A DNA stretch of 62,156 bases, filler included, from an uncultured bacterium (lineage in GTDB: Bacteria; DAOPZR01): assembly GCA_964637655.1 (NCBI GenBank). It is 4 parts of 4 records of this genome, joined end to end, with 100 filler letters (N's around TTAATTAATTAA, not from the genome) between each part and the next. Parts side by side here need not be neighbours in the genome. Positions count along the whole stretch, not along the records: positions 31,525 to 46,999 come from CAZWUZ010000057.1; positions 47,100 to 62,156 come from CAZWUZ010000059.1; 2 more parts are not named here. One strand, written 5' to 3'. Shown in pieces: positions 40,422 to 50,145 of this stretch. Every line of letters begins with the position of its first letter. Position 1 is the stretch's first letter. Position numbers and translations under genes: made by a program. The notes under the pieces were generated by a model. That model was not told where the DNA came from. It searched no databases and saw only the letters and a list, made by a program, of their open reading frames with translations.

Positions 40422-40742
40422 CTACTGCTGTTGACGCAGTTCGAGCGGCGTGCCGTCAACCGGGCAGTATGACGCCTCGCTGGTGTAGGTGGCGCCGCAT
40501 TTCGGGCAGTACTTCACCTGGTCCATCTGGTCGCCAACGTAGTAGCCCGCCGCACCACCGGCCACACCGCCGATAACCGCGTTGCGCTGCCGCTCTTCGC
40601 GGCTGTCACCGACCTGGTAGCCAATGACCGCGCCCGCCGCCGTTCCCGCCACCGTCCCCGCCTGCGTGTTGGTGCACGCCGTCAGGCCGAGCGCCGATAC
40701 CGTCAGCAGTCCCGCCAGTACCCCCGTCATCATCCTGCCCAT
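40422..40742 (-). CDS. Glycine-zipper lipoprotein with C-terminal zinc ribbon
   Basis: Lipobox LTAC, GxxxG zipper and CPKCG..YCPVDG. Confidence 0.8.
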   Translation of the reverse strand: MGRMMTGVLAGLLTVSALGLTACTNTQAGTVAGTAAGAVIGYQVGDSREERQRNAVIGGVAGGAAGYYVGDQMDQVKYCPKCGATYTSEASYCPVDGTPLELRQQQ

Positions 40743-40755
40743 GGTCAGCCTCCCG

Positions 40756-41238
40756 CTATTTTTTGAGCAGATCGTGAATCGTCTGCAGTTTGAGAATCTT
40801 CACCTTGCGCGTGCCGAACGGCAGCGTAATATCGACTTCCTCGCCGGCGACATGCCCCTTGAGCGCCTTGCCGAAGGGTGAGCCGATGGTCACCTGCGTC
40901 GCACTGGCGTCGCGGCTCTCGCCGCCGCTCATCACCAGTTCGACGTTTTCCTCCTCGTTATCCTCGAGGTCGAGCACCGTCACCAGCGACCCGAGACCGG
41001 CCACCCCGGTGGGGATATCATCCTCCCTGATATCCTGCAGCATGGCCGAGCGGCGCATCAGCTGCCCCATGCGCGCCTTGCAGAAGTCACGGCGCTCGAG
41101 CGCAGCGCTGTAGTCGGCATTTTCGCTCAAATCACCGTGACCGCGCGCGATTTCGATCTGCCTGGGCAGCGTCACTTCCAGTTCGTGCTGCAACTGGTTG
41201 AGTTCATCTATAATCTGCTTGCGGATCTGCTCAATCAT
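40756..41238 (-). CDS. greA: Transcription elongation factor GreA/GreB family
   Basis: ARGHGDLSENADY and SPFGKALKG. Confidence 0.88.
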   Translation of the reverse strand: MIEQIRKQIIDELNQLQHELEVTLPRQIEIARGHGDLSENADYSAALERRDFCKARMGQLMRRSAMLQDIREDDIPTGVAGLGSLVTVLDLEDNEEENVELVMSGGESRDASATQVTIGSPFGKALKGHVAGEEVDITLPFGTRKVKILKLQTIHDLLKK

Positions 41239-41342
41239 CGCGCACCTCTCATTAGACAGGCAATCCCCACTCCCGGTTGCATTGTAGCGCTTTGTCAGGA
41301 CAAAGTCAACGCGGTTGACCAGTGGTATAACCGGCTGTTACA

Positions 41343-42107
41343 ATGACGGCTGTGAACCTCATCCGGGCCGGCCTGCTCGAACAGCACCAGTGCCGCGCGT
41401 TTTTCACCACGCGTGATGGCGGCGTTTCGCGTCCCCCTTACGACACGTTGAATCTCGGGTTTCATGTCGGTGACGACGACGGAGCCACGGCAGAAAACCT
41501 CCGTCGGGTGGCTGCCGCCGGCGGGCTTACTCCGGACGTCGTCCATTTCGCCACGCAGGTGCACGGACGCGACCTGGCCGGGGTGACCGCGGCCACGCCG
41601 CCGGGGCGGGTCGGGCTGGTCGACGGCATGTACACCACCATACCGGGCAGAATGCTGATGGTGCGCACCGCCGACTGCCTGCCGCTGCTGCTGCTCGACC
41701 CGCACCGCCGGCTGATCGCCGCCGTGCATGCCGGGCGCAAGGGAACTTTCCTGAACATCGGAGGGGCCGCGGTGGCGCAGCTGGTGGCGGCTGGCTCCAC
41801 CCCGGGCGACCTGCTGGCCGCCATCGGGCCGGCCGCGGGGAAATGCTGCTACGCGGTGAATGACGCGGCCATCACGGAGCTGCGCGCGCGGCGCCCGCAC
41901 GACGCAGGCGCATTCATCGGGCAGTCAGCTGACGGGCAGCCGACAATCGACCTGTGCGGCCTCAACCGGCAGCAGCTGCGTGAGGCCGGGCTGCCCGACG
42001 CGCAGATCGCCCTGCACCATGCCTGCACCATCTGCGACCGGCGCTTCTTCTCCTACCGGCGTGACGGCATCACCGGGCGCCAGGCGGGCATCATCTGCCT
42101 GACCTGA
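41343..42107 (+). CDS. pgeF: PgeF/YfiH family protein
   Basis: FTTRDGGVS, LNLG, QVHG, TADCLP, HAG and FFSYRR. Confidence 0.9.
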   Translation: MTAVNLIRAGLLEQHQCRAFFTTRDGGVSRPPYDTLNLGFHVGDDDGATAENLRRVAAAGGLTPDVVHFATQVHGRDLAGVTAATPPGRVGLVDGMYTTIPGRMLMVRTADCLPLLLLDPHRRLIAAVHAGRKGTFLNIGGAAVAQLVAAGSTPGDLLAAIGPAAGKCCYAVNDAAITELRARRPHDAGAFIGQSADGQPTIDLCGLNRQQLREAGLPDAQIALHHACTICDRRFFSYRRDGITGRQAGIICLT

Positions 42108-42112
42108 GCAGT

Positions 42113-43243
42113 TCAGCGACGGACAATATCGAAGACGGCGATTTCGGGTGGCGCCCCGAGGCGGAGCGGCGGCCCCCAGGTGCCGGCGCCGCGACTGACA
42201 TAGAGCAGCGAGCCGTCCCCGAGGTCGTGCAGGCCGGTATCCCACCCGTTGACCAGCAGCACCAGCAGGCGCAGGGGAAAAACCTGCCCGCGATGCGTAT
42301 GCCCCGACAGCTGCAGGTCGAACAGTCCGCGCGTGGCGGGGGTGACGGTCGGCCGGTGCCGCAGCAGGATGGTGAACCGCTCCTGCGGGCGCAACGTCAG
42401 CAGCAGTTCGCGCTCATCCACCGCGCGCGGCGGCGGCGGGCCATGCCCGTAGTCGTCGATGCCGGCAAGGTTGCAGACCCCCTGCACGTTGACGGATTCG
42501 CCGCGCAGCACGGCAAACCCGGCCTCGTAGAGAAAGGCCATGGCCTGGTCGATACCCGCGTAGAATTCATGGTTGCCGGTAATGGCATACTTGCCGTAGC
42601 GCGCTGACATGCCGGCCAGCGGCGCCGCCTCGCCATGCAGTTCCATATCACCGTCAACGATATCACCGGTAAAAACGATCAGGTCCGGCGCCTGCGCCAT
42701 GACCAGGTCCGCCACTGCCTGCGCCATGCCGCGCCCGTGAATGACCCCGAGATGCAGGTCGGAAACCTGCACCACGCGCAGGCGGTCGATCCGGGAGGAG
42801 AGCTTATCCGTGGCAATCGTAAACCGCTCAACGCCGATATGGTGCGCCTCCCAGGCGGCATACGCACTGAGCAGCGCGGCCAGGAGCAGCGCGACCGGCA
42901 CCGTCCAGCCCACCTGCACCGGCGGCGCCTCCGGCCGGCGATGGCGGCGCCAGAGCACCAGCCCGGCCACCGTCCCGCGCAGCAGCAATGCCACCCAGAA
43001 GAGAATGAAGACCACGCCCATCCAGAGATAGGCGGGCCAGGCAATGACCGTGGCGAGGAACGGATACTCGTGGCGTTCCGCAACGCGGGTCAGGAGCGGT
43101 CCGAGGACAAGCAGGCCGAGTGCCGCCGCCAGCGCCAGCCGCACCCGGCGCGGTGCGCCGCGCCCGGCGAGCAGTTTCCAGGCATACCAGTTGATGCTGC
43201 CATAGAGCAGCAGGTAGACGCTGATGAAGACGAGGTACGCCAT
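42113..43243 (-). CDS. Membrane-anchored metallophosphoesterase (YkuE-like)
   Basis: 4 TMs plus SDLHLG, TGD, GNHE, SGHTHRGQ and GTWGPPLR. Confidence 0.88.
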   Translation of the reverse strand: MAYLVFISVYLLLYGSINWYAWKLLAGRGAPRRVRLALAAALGLLVLGPLLTRVAERHEYPFLATVIAWPAYLWMGVVFILFWVALLLRGTVAGLVLWRRHRRPEAPPVQVGWTVPVALLLAALLSAYAAWEAHHIGVERFTIATDKLSSRIDRLRVVQVSDLHLGVIHGRGMAQAVADLVMAQAPDLIVFTGDIVDGDMELHGEAAPLAGMSARYGKYAITGNHEFYAGIDQAMAFLYEAGFAVLRGESVNVQGVCNLAGIDDYGHGPPPPRAVDERELLLTLRPQERFTILLRHRPTVTPATRGLFDLQLSGHTHRGQVFPLRLLVLLVNGWDTGLHDLGDGSLLYVSRGAGTWGPPLRLGAPPEIAVFDIVRR

Positions 43244-43252
43244 ACTGCGTGC

Positions 43253-43831
43253 TTACGCGAGTTCGCGCCCGGCGGCAAACGCGGCGCGGTTGAGCGCCAG
43301 CGCCTTTTCCCGCACTGCCTGCTGCAGCGCGGTGGCCCACGCCGCTTCCGGCAGCTCAAGCCCGCGTGACAGGGCGCCCAGCACCACGACATTGGCGGCG
43401 CGGATATCGCCCAGCTGGGTGGCGACGGTTACCGCGTCGAGCAGGCAGAGGCGCGGAAACGCCGCGCGCAGGCGCGCTTCCGTGTCGACCGGATAGACCG
43501 CGCCGCCCGAAGAGACAGTCACCGGAACGATCTGCTGGCGCGACACCACGGCCAGCCCGTCGGGCGCGAGGTAGGGAACGACACGCAGCCCCTCGATTTC
43601 CTCGAAGGCACCGAGCACGCGCGCCGTGCCCTCCTCGACCAGCGGGCTGTGTACCTCGCGGCCGTAGCGGATCTGCGCGATGACCGAACCGCCGCGCTGC
43701 GCCATGCCGTGCACCTCATTGGTCTTGACCGCGTACCCGGCGGCGAGGGCCGCCCGCGCGACGATCTCGCTGGCCAGCAAAATACCCTGCCCGCCCACCC
43801 CGGCCAGGACCACGCTTACCGTCGTGTTCAT
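43253..43831 (-). CDS. iorB: Indolepyruvate:ferredoxin oxidoreductase beta subunit
   Basis: GVGGQG, EVHGMAQRGGSV and ANVVVLGAL. Confidence 0.92.
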   Translation of the reverse strand: MNTTVSVVLAGVGGQGILLASEIVARAALAAGYAVKTNEVHGMAQRGGSVIAQIRYGREVHSPLVEEGTARVLGAFEEIEGLRVVPYLAPDGLAVVSRQQIVPVTVSSGGAVYPVDTEARLRAAFPRLCLLDAVTVATQLGDIRAANVVVLGALSRGLELPEAAWATALQQAVREKALALNRAAFAAGRELA

Positions 43832-45594
43832 GCCTGTTCCTCCACCGCCGCGATGGCCTTGAATCTGCACGCCTGCTGGCACAGGCCGCAGCCGCTGCAC
43901 AGCTGTGCATTGATGCGCGGCTTTTCCGTCTTCCCCGCGCTCTCGATGGCCGGGCAGCCGAGCCGCAGGCAGGCGCGGCAGTTGGTGCACACCGCCGTGT
44001 CGATGACGCGGCGGGGTCCGACCCGCTGCTTCGTGTTGAGCGGACAGGCGCCGCGCGAGATGATCAGCGACGGCTCCTCCGCCGCCAGTTCCTCGGTCAG
44101 CACCCGCTGCGTCTGCGCCGCATCGTAGGGATTGACCACGACGACACGGCGGATGCCGCAGGCCCGGGCGATATCCTCGATACTGGCGGACATCGTCGTC
44201 ATCCCCATGAGGGTCAGCCCGGTCCCGGGATGCTCCTGGTGCCCGGTCATCGCCGTGGTGCGGTTATCGACGACAATAATCGTGCTCGTCCCGCGGTTGT
44301 AGGCGATGTTGAGCAGTCCGGTCATTCCCGAGTGGAAGAAGGTCGAATCGCCGACCATGCCGACCACCTGCTTCGGCTCGCCGGCGCGGTTCATGCCGTG
44401 CGCGAGCGTGATGCCCCCGCCCATGCAGATGATGGTGTCCATACGCGACAGCGGCGGCAGCACCCCGAGGGCATAGCAGCCGATATCGCCGGTGACCACC
44501 ACCTCATGCTTCCCCAGCGCGCTGAAGATACCGCGATGCGGACAGCCGGGGCAGAGCACCGGCGGCCGGCCGGGGAGGTCAGCCGGAACAGCCGCCACCG
44601 GCGGGAGCGCGGTGCCCTCCCGGCGCGCGCGCACTTCGCGCAGGCGGCGCGGGGTCAGTTCCCCGATGCCGGGGACGAGGTCGCGCCCGTGCACCGCCAG
44701 CCCGAGGACGCGGCAGTGCTCCTCGATGAGCGGATCGAGTTCCTCGACCACCAGCACCTCGTCGCAGCGGGCCGCCAGCTCGCGCAGCAGCGCGTCGGGC
44801 AGCGGGAAGGTCAGCCCGAGTTTCAGCACGCTGCATTCGGGGAAGACCTCGCGCACGTACTGGTAGGCGCTCCCCGCGGTGATGATGCCGAGTTTCGTAT
44901 CGCGCCACTCGAGGCGGTTGAGCGGCGAGGTGTCCGCCATGGCGCGCAGCGCCGCCAGGCGTTCCTCGACGCGCACGCGCATCGGGCGGGCCCAGGCGGG
45001 AATGGCGGCAAAACGCGGCGGGTCCTTGACGAACCCGACCGGCAGCGGCGCCGCGGTGCGCGGCGCGAGCGTCACCGGGCTGCGCGAATGACAGACGCGC
45101 GTCGTGCCGCGCAGGATAACCGGGGTACGGAACTGTTCGCTCAGCGCGAACCCGGCAATGGTGAAATCCTTCGCCTCCTGCGCGTCAGCCGGTTCGAGGC
45201 AGGGAATGCGCGCGAACCGCGCGAAATTGCGCGTGTCCTGCTCATTCTGCGAGCTGTGCATGCCCGGGTCGTCCGCCACCACGGCGACAAACCCGCCCAC
45301 CGTGCCGGTATAGGCCATGGTCATCAGCGGGTCAGCCGCGACGTTGAGCCCGACATGTTTCATCGTGCAGAGCGCCCGCGCCCCGGTGAAGGCGGCCCCG
45401 CAGGCGACCTCGAACGCCACTTTCTCGTTCGGCGCCCACTCGGCATAGACCGCGTCACGGTAGCGCGCGGCGACATTTTCCAGGATCTCCGTCGAGGGTG
45501 TCCCGGGATAGCCGGAGGCGACCGTCACCCCCGCCTCGTAGGCGCCGCGGGCAATGGCCTCGTTGCCGGAATAGAGTTCACGCTGGTCGTTCAT
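43828..45594 (-). CDS. iorA: Indolepyruvate:ferredoxin oxidoreductase alpha subunit
   Basis: GNEAIARGA, YPGTPSTE, MKHVGLNVA, SSQNEQD, CPGCPHR, GDSTFFHSG and a 2[4Fe-4S] C-terminus. Confidence 0.94.
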   Translation of the reverse strand: MNDQRELYSGNEAIARGAYEAGVTVASGYPGTPSTEILENVAARYRDAVYAEWAPNEKVAFEVACGAAFTGARALCTMKHVGLNVAADPLMTMAYTGTVGGFVAVVADDPGMHSSQNEQDTRNFARFARIPCLEPADAQEAKDFTIAGFALSEQFRTPVILRGTTRVCHSRSPVTLAPRTAAPLPVGFVKDPPRFAAIPAWARPMRVRVEERLAALRAMADTSPLNRLEWRDTKLGIITAGSAYQYVREVFPECSVLKLGLTFPLPDALLRELAARCDEVLVVEELDPLIEEHCRVLGLAVHGRDLVPGIGELTPRRLREVRARREGTALPPVAAVPADLPGRPPVLCPGCPHRGIFSALGKHEVVVTGDIGCYALGVLPPLSRMDTIICMGGGITLAHGMNRAGEPKQVVGMVGDSTFFHSGMTGLLNIAYNRGTSTIIVVDNRTTAMTGHQEHPGTGLTLMGMTTMSASIEDIARACGIRRVVVVNPYDAAQTQRVLTEELAAEEPSLIISRGACPLNTKQRVGPRRVIDTAVCTNCRACLRLGCPAIESAGKTEKPRINAQLCSGCGLCQQACRFKAIAAVEEQA

Positions 45595-45619
45595 GGCTGT
45601 TTCTCCACGGGAATCGGGG

Positions 45620-46477
45620 TCAGGCAGCGCGCGGCGGTTGGCTGGGCAGCGGGGTGAAACGCTTGGTCATCAGGCAGACATTGCCGCGCTCGTTGAAATC
45701 AACTTCGTCCATCATCTGGCGGACAAGGAAAATACCGCGCCCGCGCGAATGGTCGATGCGGTCGTCGTCGAGCGGGTTGCGCACCTTGTGCACGTCGAAG
45801 CCCGTGCCTTCGTCCGCGACCCGGATGATCAGCTTGTCCTCGAAGATCAGGTAGCTGATCTCTACCAGTTTCTCGGGGTTGCCCATGTTGCCGTGCTCGA
45901 CCGCGTTGTTGCCGATTTCGAGGAAGGCATACTGGATGTCCTCGATCTCCGCCGCGGTCAGCGTGGTCATATACTGCAGGCGCGAAATGAAGAAGTTGAC
46001 CTCGCGCACGAAACTGTACTCGCTCTTGAACTGGAAGGAGACCCAGCCCTCCATGTGGCGGCTGATGCGGCAGTTGCGGTAGAAGTCGACCGTCAGCCCG
46101 ATCTTCTTGCGCGTGCGTTCCTCGTCGTCGAACTGCAGGTATTCCCAGTAGCCGCGGCGCAGGACGGCAACCCGGCGGTTATAATCCGCCTCCGTGCCGA
46201 AGACCAGCCAGGGGAGCAGTTTCCACTGCGCATGCGCGCGCAGGCGTTCCGCCTGCGCTTCGAGGTACACGTCCCCCTCGTCAACGATGGCGACGACATC
46301 CGCCATCTGCGGCTGCGTGATGGTCGCGGTCTGGTTCGTCTCAATCAGTTCGATTTCGCGCACGCCGCCGGCGCGCAGCAGCGGCAGGACGGGCGGCGGC
46401 AGCGGCTGGCCGTGAAACACGAGGCAGCGGGTGGTATGCGCCGCGCCGCTGCCGGCCGCGGCGGAAAGGTCGCTCAT
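45620..46477 (-). CDS. RsbW-type anti-sigma/HATPase with degenerate receiver-like N-terminus
   Basis: EIGNNAVEHGN, DEGTGFD, GRGIFLVRQMMD and NERGN. Confidence 0.8.
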   Translation of the reverse strand: MSDLSAAAGSGAAHTTRCLVFHGQPLPPPVLPLLRAGGVREIELIETNQTATITQPQMADVVAIVDEGDVYLEAQAERLRAHAQWKLLPWLVFGTEADYNRRVAVLRRGYWEYLQFDDEERTRKKIGLTVDFYRNCRISRHMEGWVSFQFKSEYSFVREVNFFISRLQYMTTLTAAEIEDIQYAFLEIGNNAVEHGNMGNPEKLVEISYLIFEDKLIIRVADEGTGFDVHKVRNPLDDDRIDHSRGRGIFLVRQMMDEVDFNERGNVCLMTKRFTPLPSQPPRAA

Positions 46478-46821
46478 TACGACGGCAGCTGGAAGCGCTC
46501 GCGGAGGTCCTTTTCTTCCTGCAGGATGTCGAGGATCTTGTTGAGCCGGGTCAGTTCGAACAGCTTGAGGATGCGCCCGGCGGGATTGAGGATCTTGATG
46601 TCGCCGCCGCGCTCGCGGATGATCTTGAGCGAGGAAGTGATGGTGCCGAGTCCCTGGCTGCAGAAATACTGGATGCGGTGCATGTCGATGACGATGCGGT
46701 CGTTCTCCTTGGTGATCAGTTCCTCGAGCACGGTCTTGAGTTCCTGGAAATTCTCGACCAGCACGTCCTCATTGAGCCGCAGGATGACGATGCCGTCCTT
46801 TTCCTCGCGCGTGATGTCCAT
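46477..46821 (-). CDS. STAS-domain anti-sigma antagonist
   Basis: IVIDM..IQYFCSQGLG and LFELTRL. Coupled to the anti-sigma kinase. Confidence 0.85.
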   Translation of the reverse strand: MDITREEKDGIVILRLNEDVLVENFQELKTVLEELITKENDRIVIDMHRIQYFCSQGLGTITSSLKIIRERGGDIKILNPAGRILKLFELTRLNKILDILQEEKDLRERFQLPS

Positions 46822-46999
46822 GACCGCCTCCTCCGCGTGGTCCGCCTACCGGTCGAAAAACGGGTTTTTCCCGCCGACCGCTAAGGGTATGCCGTACGCA
46901 AGTATAACATTTTTGTCAAATAAATGCATCTGCAGCGCCGCGTACCCAGCGATTCCGCATCTGGGTATAATTGCCAACGCCAGGTTTCACCCGCAGGTT

Positions 47000-47099
47000 N
47001 NNNNNNNNNNNNNNNNNNNNNNNNNNNNNNNNNNNNNNNNNNNTTAATTAATTAANNNNNNNNNNNNNNNNNNNNNNNNNNNNNNNNNNNNNNNNNNNN
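47000..47099. other. Artificial contig linker
   Basis: N run containing TTAATTAATTAA. Confidence 0.95.
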
Positions 47100-47108
47100 G
47101 AATAACGT

Positions 47109-48806
47109 TCAGGAGACAGCCGGTGCCGGTGCTGCGCCGCCATGGCGGCGCAGCAGCCAGACCGTCGGCAGGTGATAGCGCATGTGCCAGGTGGGGTTGT
47201 CCGGCCAGGTGAAGCCACCCCAGGTGCTGCGCCGCGCAAAGGTGCGCACCGGCGAATAGCGTGACCCGTCGCCAAGCGCACGGAAAAAAACGCTGCTGCC
47301 CAGTTCCGGACGGTACGCCGGGTGCAGCAGACGATTCCCCATCGAAAACTCGAAATCGCACAGCAGGAAATAATCGGGACGCTCGCGGTCGAGCCGGGCC
47401 AGGTCAAAGTTGTAGATGCCGATCCGGTAAGGGGTGTCACGCTGCTGCACCGCCGGTACGGAATAGAAATAGACCTGGTTCACCCCGATGGTCGTGCCGG
47501 GTGGAAGATGCGCGAGCAGCCAGTCGGAAGCGGCGGTGCGCGGATCCGTGCCGTGCAGCAGCCGCAGCAGCATGACGCTGCAGACGAGCAACTGTGCCAG
47601 AACGATACCGGTCACGACCAGCCTGACGCGCGGCCATACCGGCCGCTGCAGCAGATCCGCCAGGGCGACAGCAAGCGCGGGCAGCAGCAGCGTCAGGTAA
47701 TGGGACAGGTAGACGTTGTTCATCGCCAGCAGCAGGCCGTTGAGCACAAGCGCCGCCAGCAGCAGACCGCGCGCCGGTGTCACCGGCATAACCAGGGCCG
47801 CGACTGCCAGCCAGACCGCCGGCGCGACCAGCGGCCCATAGGCCTCGGGCAGGGCGATCATTCCGTAAAACCGGAACACGTTTTCCTGAAAATCGCGGGG
47901 CTGCATTTGCGTGGTGCGCGCGAAATGGCTGGCAAACACGCCGCGGAATTCATGCAGAAAGCCACCGGGATCGAAACAGGCCTGCGGACAGCCCAACAGG
48001 CAGCCGGCAACAGTTCCCGCCGCCAGCCAGCGCACGGCCGTACGCCACGGCCAGAACGGCAGGCGCAGGCGCCAGCGGAAAAACACCGCTGCCGGCAGCA
48101 GAAAGAAAATGATGCCCGCGTTCAGCTGGGTGAAAACAGCCAGCATGGTGCTGAGCCCGACGGTGAAAAAATCCAGCCGGCGCGGCTGCGGCCGCAGGGC
48201 ACAACGGCTCAGCGCCAGCCAGCCCAGCAGGCCCCAGAACAGGTGGGGCGCGGTCACGTAGAAATAGTGCGCGTCGATGACCGCCAGCGGCGTGAGCGCC
48301 AGCACTGCCGCCGCCAGCATCCCGGCCGTCCGGCCGGCATACACCTTGCCGAAATGGTAGGCAACAGCCACGGTGAGCGCGCTGAGCAGCGCGGACAGCG
48401 CGCGACCGCAGCGGTACAGGCCGTCAAGCGCGGGCAGGTTGCTCTCGTAGTAGCTGCGGTCGCGCACCACCTCGATAAAGCCGAGGGCGTCGGCCGCCTG
48501 CAGCGTGGCGCCGGACAACAGCATGTGCCAGCTGCCGAGGGCCAGCCGGGTGTCCCGGTAGTGGAACAGGTCGGCCGCCAGCGGAATGGCATTCATGAAC
48601 GCGCCTTCGTCCGGATGGTACGAGCGCAGGGTTCGGGTTTCCGACGGCAAGCCCCACCCGATCCCGCTGAGGCGCAAGACCAGTGCCAGCAGGGTCAGCA
48701 GCAGCAGGGCCAGGCCGCGCCGGCGGCGCGTTGCCAGCCAGGCAGACGGCGACAGCGGGTTCATGCGTGGCGGCCGGCACCGCGACCGGGGTGCGGGGTC
48801 CGGCAT
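47109..48806 (-). CDS. GT-C fold (PMT_2/ArnT-like) glycosyltransferase (start uncertain: 48806 or 48764)
   Basis: LRLSGIGWGLP..YHPDE, many TMs, and DPRTAASDWL..LPPG. Confidence 0.8.
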   Translation of the reverse strand: MPDPAPRSRCRPPRMNPLSPSAWLATRRRRGLALLLLTLLALVLRLSGIGWGLPSETRTLRSYHPDEGAFMNAIPLAADLFHYRDTRLALGSWHMLLSGATLQAADALGFIEVVRDRSYYESNLPALDGLYRCGRALSALLSALTVAVAYHFGKVYAGRTAGMLAAAVLALTPLAVIDAHYFYVTAPHLFWGLLGWLALSRCALRPQPRRLDFFTVGLSTMLAVFTQLNAGIIFFLLPAAVFFRWRLRLPFWPWRTAVRWLAAGTVAGCLLGCPQACFDPGGFLHEFRGVFASHFARTTQMQPRDFQENVFRFYGMIALPEAYGPLVAPAVWLAVAALVMPVTPARGLLLAALVLNGLLLAMNNVYLSHYLTLLLPALAVALADLLQRPVWPRVRLVVTGIVLAQLLVCSVMLLRLLHGTDPRTAASDWLLAHLPPGTTIGVNQVYFYSVPAVQQRDTPYRIGIYNFDLARLDRERPDYFLLCDFEFSMGNRLLHPAYRPELGSSVFFRALGDGSRYSPVRTFARRSTWGGFTWPDNPTWHMRYHLPTVWLLRRHGGAAPAPAVS

Positions 48807-48918
48807 ATGTATTTCCGGTATCTCACCATGTACGGCTGTATAACAGACCCGTTGCCGTATTGCCAGTTGCCCGTCAGTGCGACACATGCTATAAACGCTG
48901 GCAGGAGACTGTGCCGCT

Positions 48919-49944
48919 ATGGGTGTAACCGATCTTATCGAAGCCTCACGCCTGCTGCTGACCTGCGCACAACGCGGCTACCTGACCCCGTACAAGGTCG
49001 TGAACCTGCTGCGCAATGCCTGGGCCATGCTGTGCCGCCAGCCGGAATTGAGCACCCTGCCGTCTGCCGTCATTCTGGAGCCGAACAATTTCTGCCAGCT
49101 CGACTGCGTCGGTTGCGCCGTGCCGCAACCGCAAGCCGACCCGATTGCGGACAAGGGCTGCCTCGACCCGCAGCTGGCCGAAACCATCCTTGACGATTGC
49201 AGCCGCGCCCTGCTCATCACCGTCATCTACCTCGGCGGCGAGCCGTTTCTCAACCGTGACCTCCTGCGCATTGTCGCCGCCGCGCATCAGCGCCGCGTCT
49301 TCACGGTCGTCAGCACCAACGGGTCCTTTCCCACCCCCGACGACTGGGGCGCGCAGGTTACCGCCAGCGGCCTTGACCTCATCATTTTCTCCTTCTCCGG
49401 GCTTGATCAGGAAACCCACGGACAATACCATCGCCAGGGCAGCCTCGAGCAGACGCTCGCCAATATCCGCAAGCTGCTGGCCGTACCGCGCCATCCCCGC
49501 ATCCTGCTCCGCTACATCCGCAACCGGAACAACCGGCACGAAACCAACGCGGCCGTGCGGGCGTTCGTCCGACAACTCGGCAGGGTGTCGCTGGAAATCC
49601 GCGAGGGCTTCAAGGAGATCGATTTCACCAATCTGTTCGCCAATGAGTCAGCCATCCGCACACAGCTGGCTGACCAGCCGGTGACCAACCATTGCCACAA
49701 CCTCTGGTTCCTCCCGGTCGTGCGCTGGACAGGTGACGTCATCCCCTGCTGTTTCTTCTTCTACCGCGTGGCAACGCTCGGTTCGGTGCGGGAGCAGCCG
49801 CTCTCCGCCATCTGGCGTTCGCCGCGCTACACCGGGTTCCGCCGCCTGCTGCTCACCGACCGCCGCAAACTGCTCGGCTGCCTGCTGTGCGACGGCAAGA
49901 TGGGCTTCCAGTACAACTGCTTCAAGCGCGAACTGCCGAAGTAG
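48919..49944 (+). CDS. Radical SAM protein with SPASM/twitch domain
   Basis: CQLDCVGC, GGEPFL, STNG, and C-terminal CHNLW..GDVIPCC..CLLC. Confidence 0.88.
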   Translation: MGVTDLIEASRLLLTCAQRGYLTPYKVVNLLRNAWAMLCRQPELSTLPSAVILEPNNFCQLDCVGCAVPQPQADPIADKGCLDPQLAETILDDCSRALLITVIYLGGEPFLNRDLLRIVAAAHQRRVFTVVSTNGSFPTPDDWGAQVTASGLDLIIFSFSGLDQETHGQYHRQGSLEQTLANIRKLLAVPRHPRILLRYIRNRNNRHETNAAVRAFVRQLGRVSLEIREGFKEIDFTNLFANESAIRTQLADQPVTNHCHNLWFLPVVRWTGDVIPCCFFFYRVATLGSVREQPLSAIWRSPRYTGFRRLLLTDRRKLLGCLLCDGKMGFQYNCFKRELPK

Positions 49945-49951
49945 CCGCCGG

Positions 49952-50015
49952 CTGCAACGATTAGCGCTCAACGGGCGCTATGTTTCCAAGCGCCTGTTGC
50001 AGCGCGAAGTTGGCC
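49952..50015 (-). repeat. attC-like site of cassette 5 (64 bp, divergent loop)
   Basis: Minus strand: GGCCAAC-TTCGC-GCTGCAAC-AGGCGCTTGGAAACATAGCGCCC-GTTGAGC-GCTAATC-GTTGCAG. Confidence 0.85.
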
Positions 50016-50145
50016 GCCATATTTTCTGATTTCATCGGTTCTGTACCCCCACGCCATGCCAGTAACCGTATCCGACCATCACCCCCGATTGCCATCAACA
50101 CAAGCATGCCTTCGGAGTGCACGCCACTATGGCGGCGACTATTCT

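Noticed and set aside
15718-47099. Gene linkage across the TTAATTAATTAA linkers (for example rsmH next to hicAB)
   Set aside because: These are artificial joins. The two complete contigs are 15607 and 15475 bp, consistent with length-sorted concatenation.
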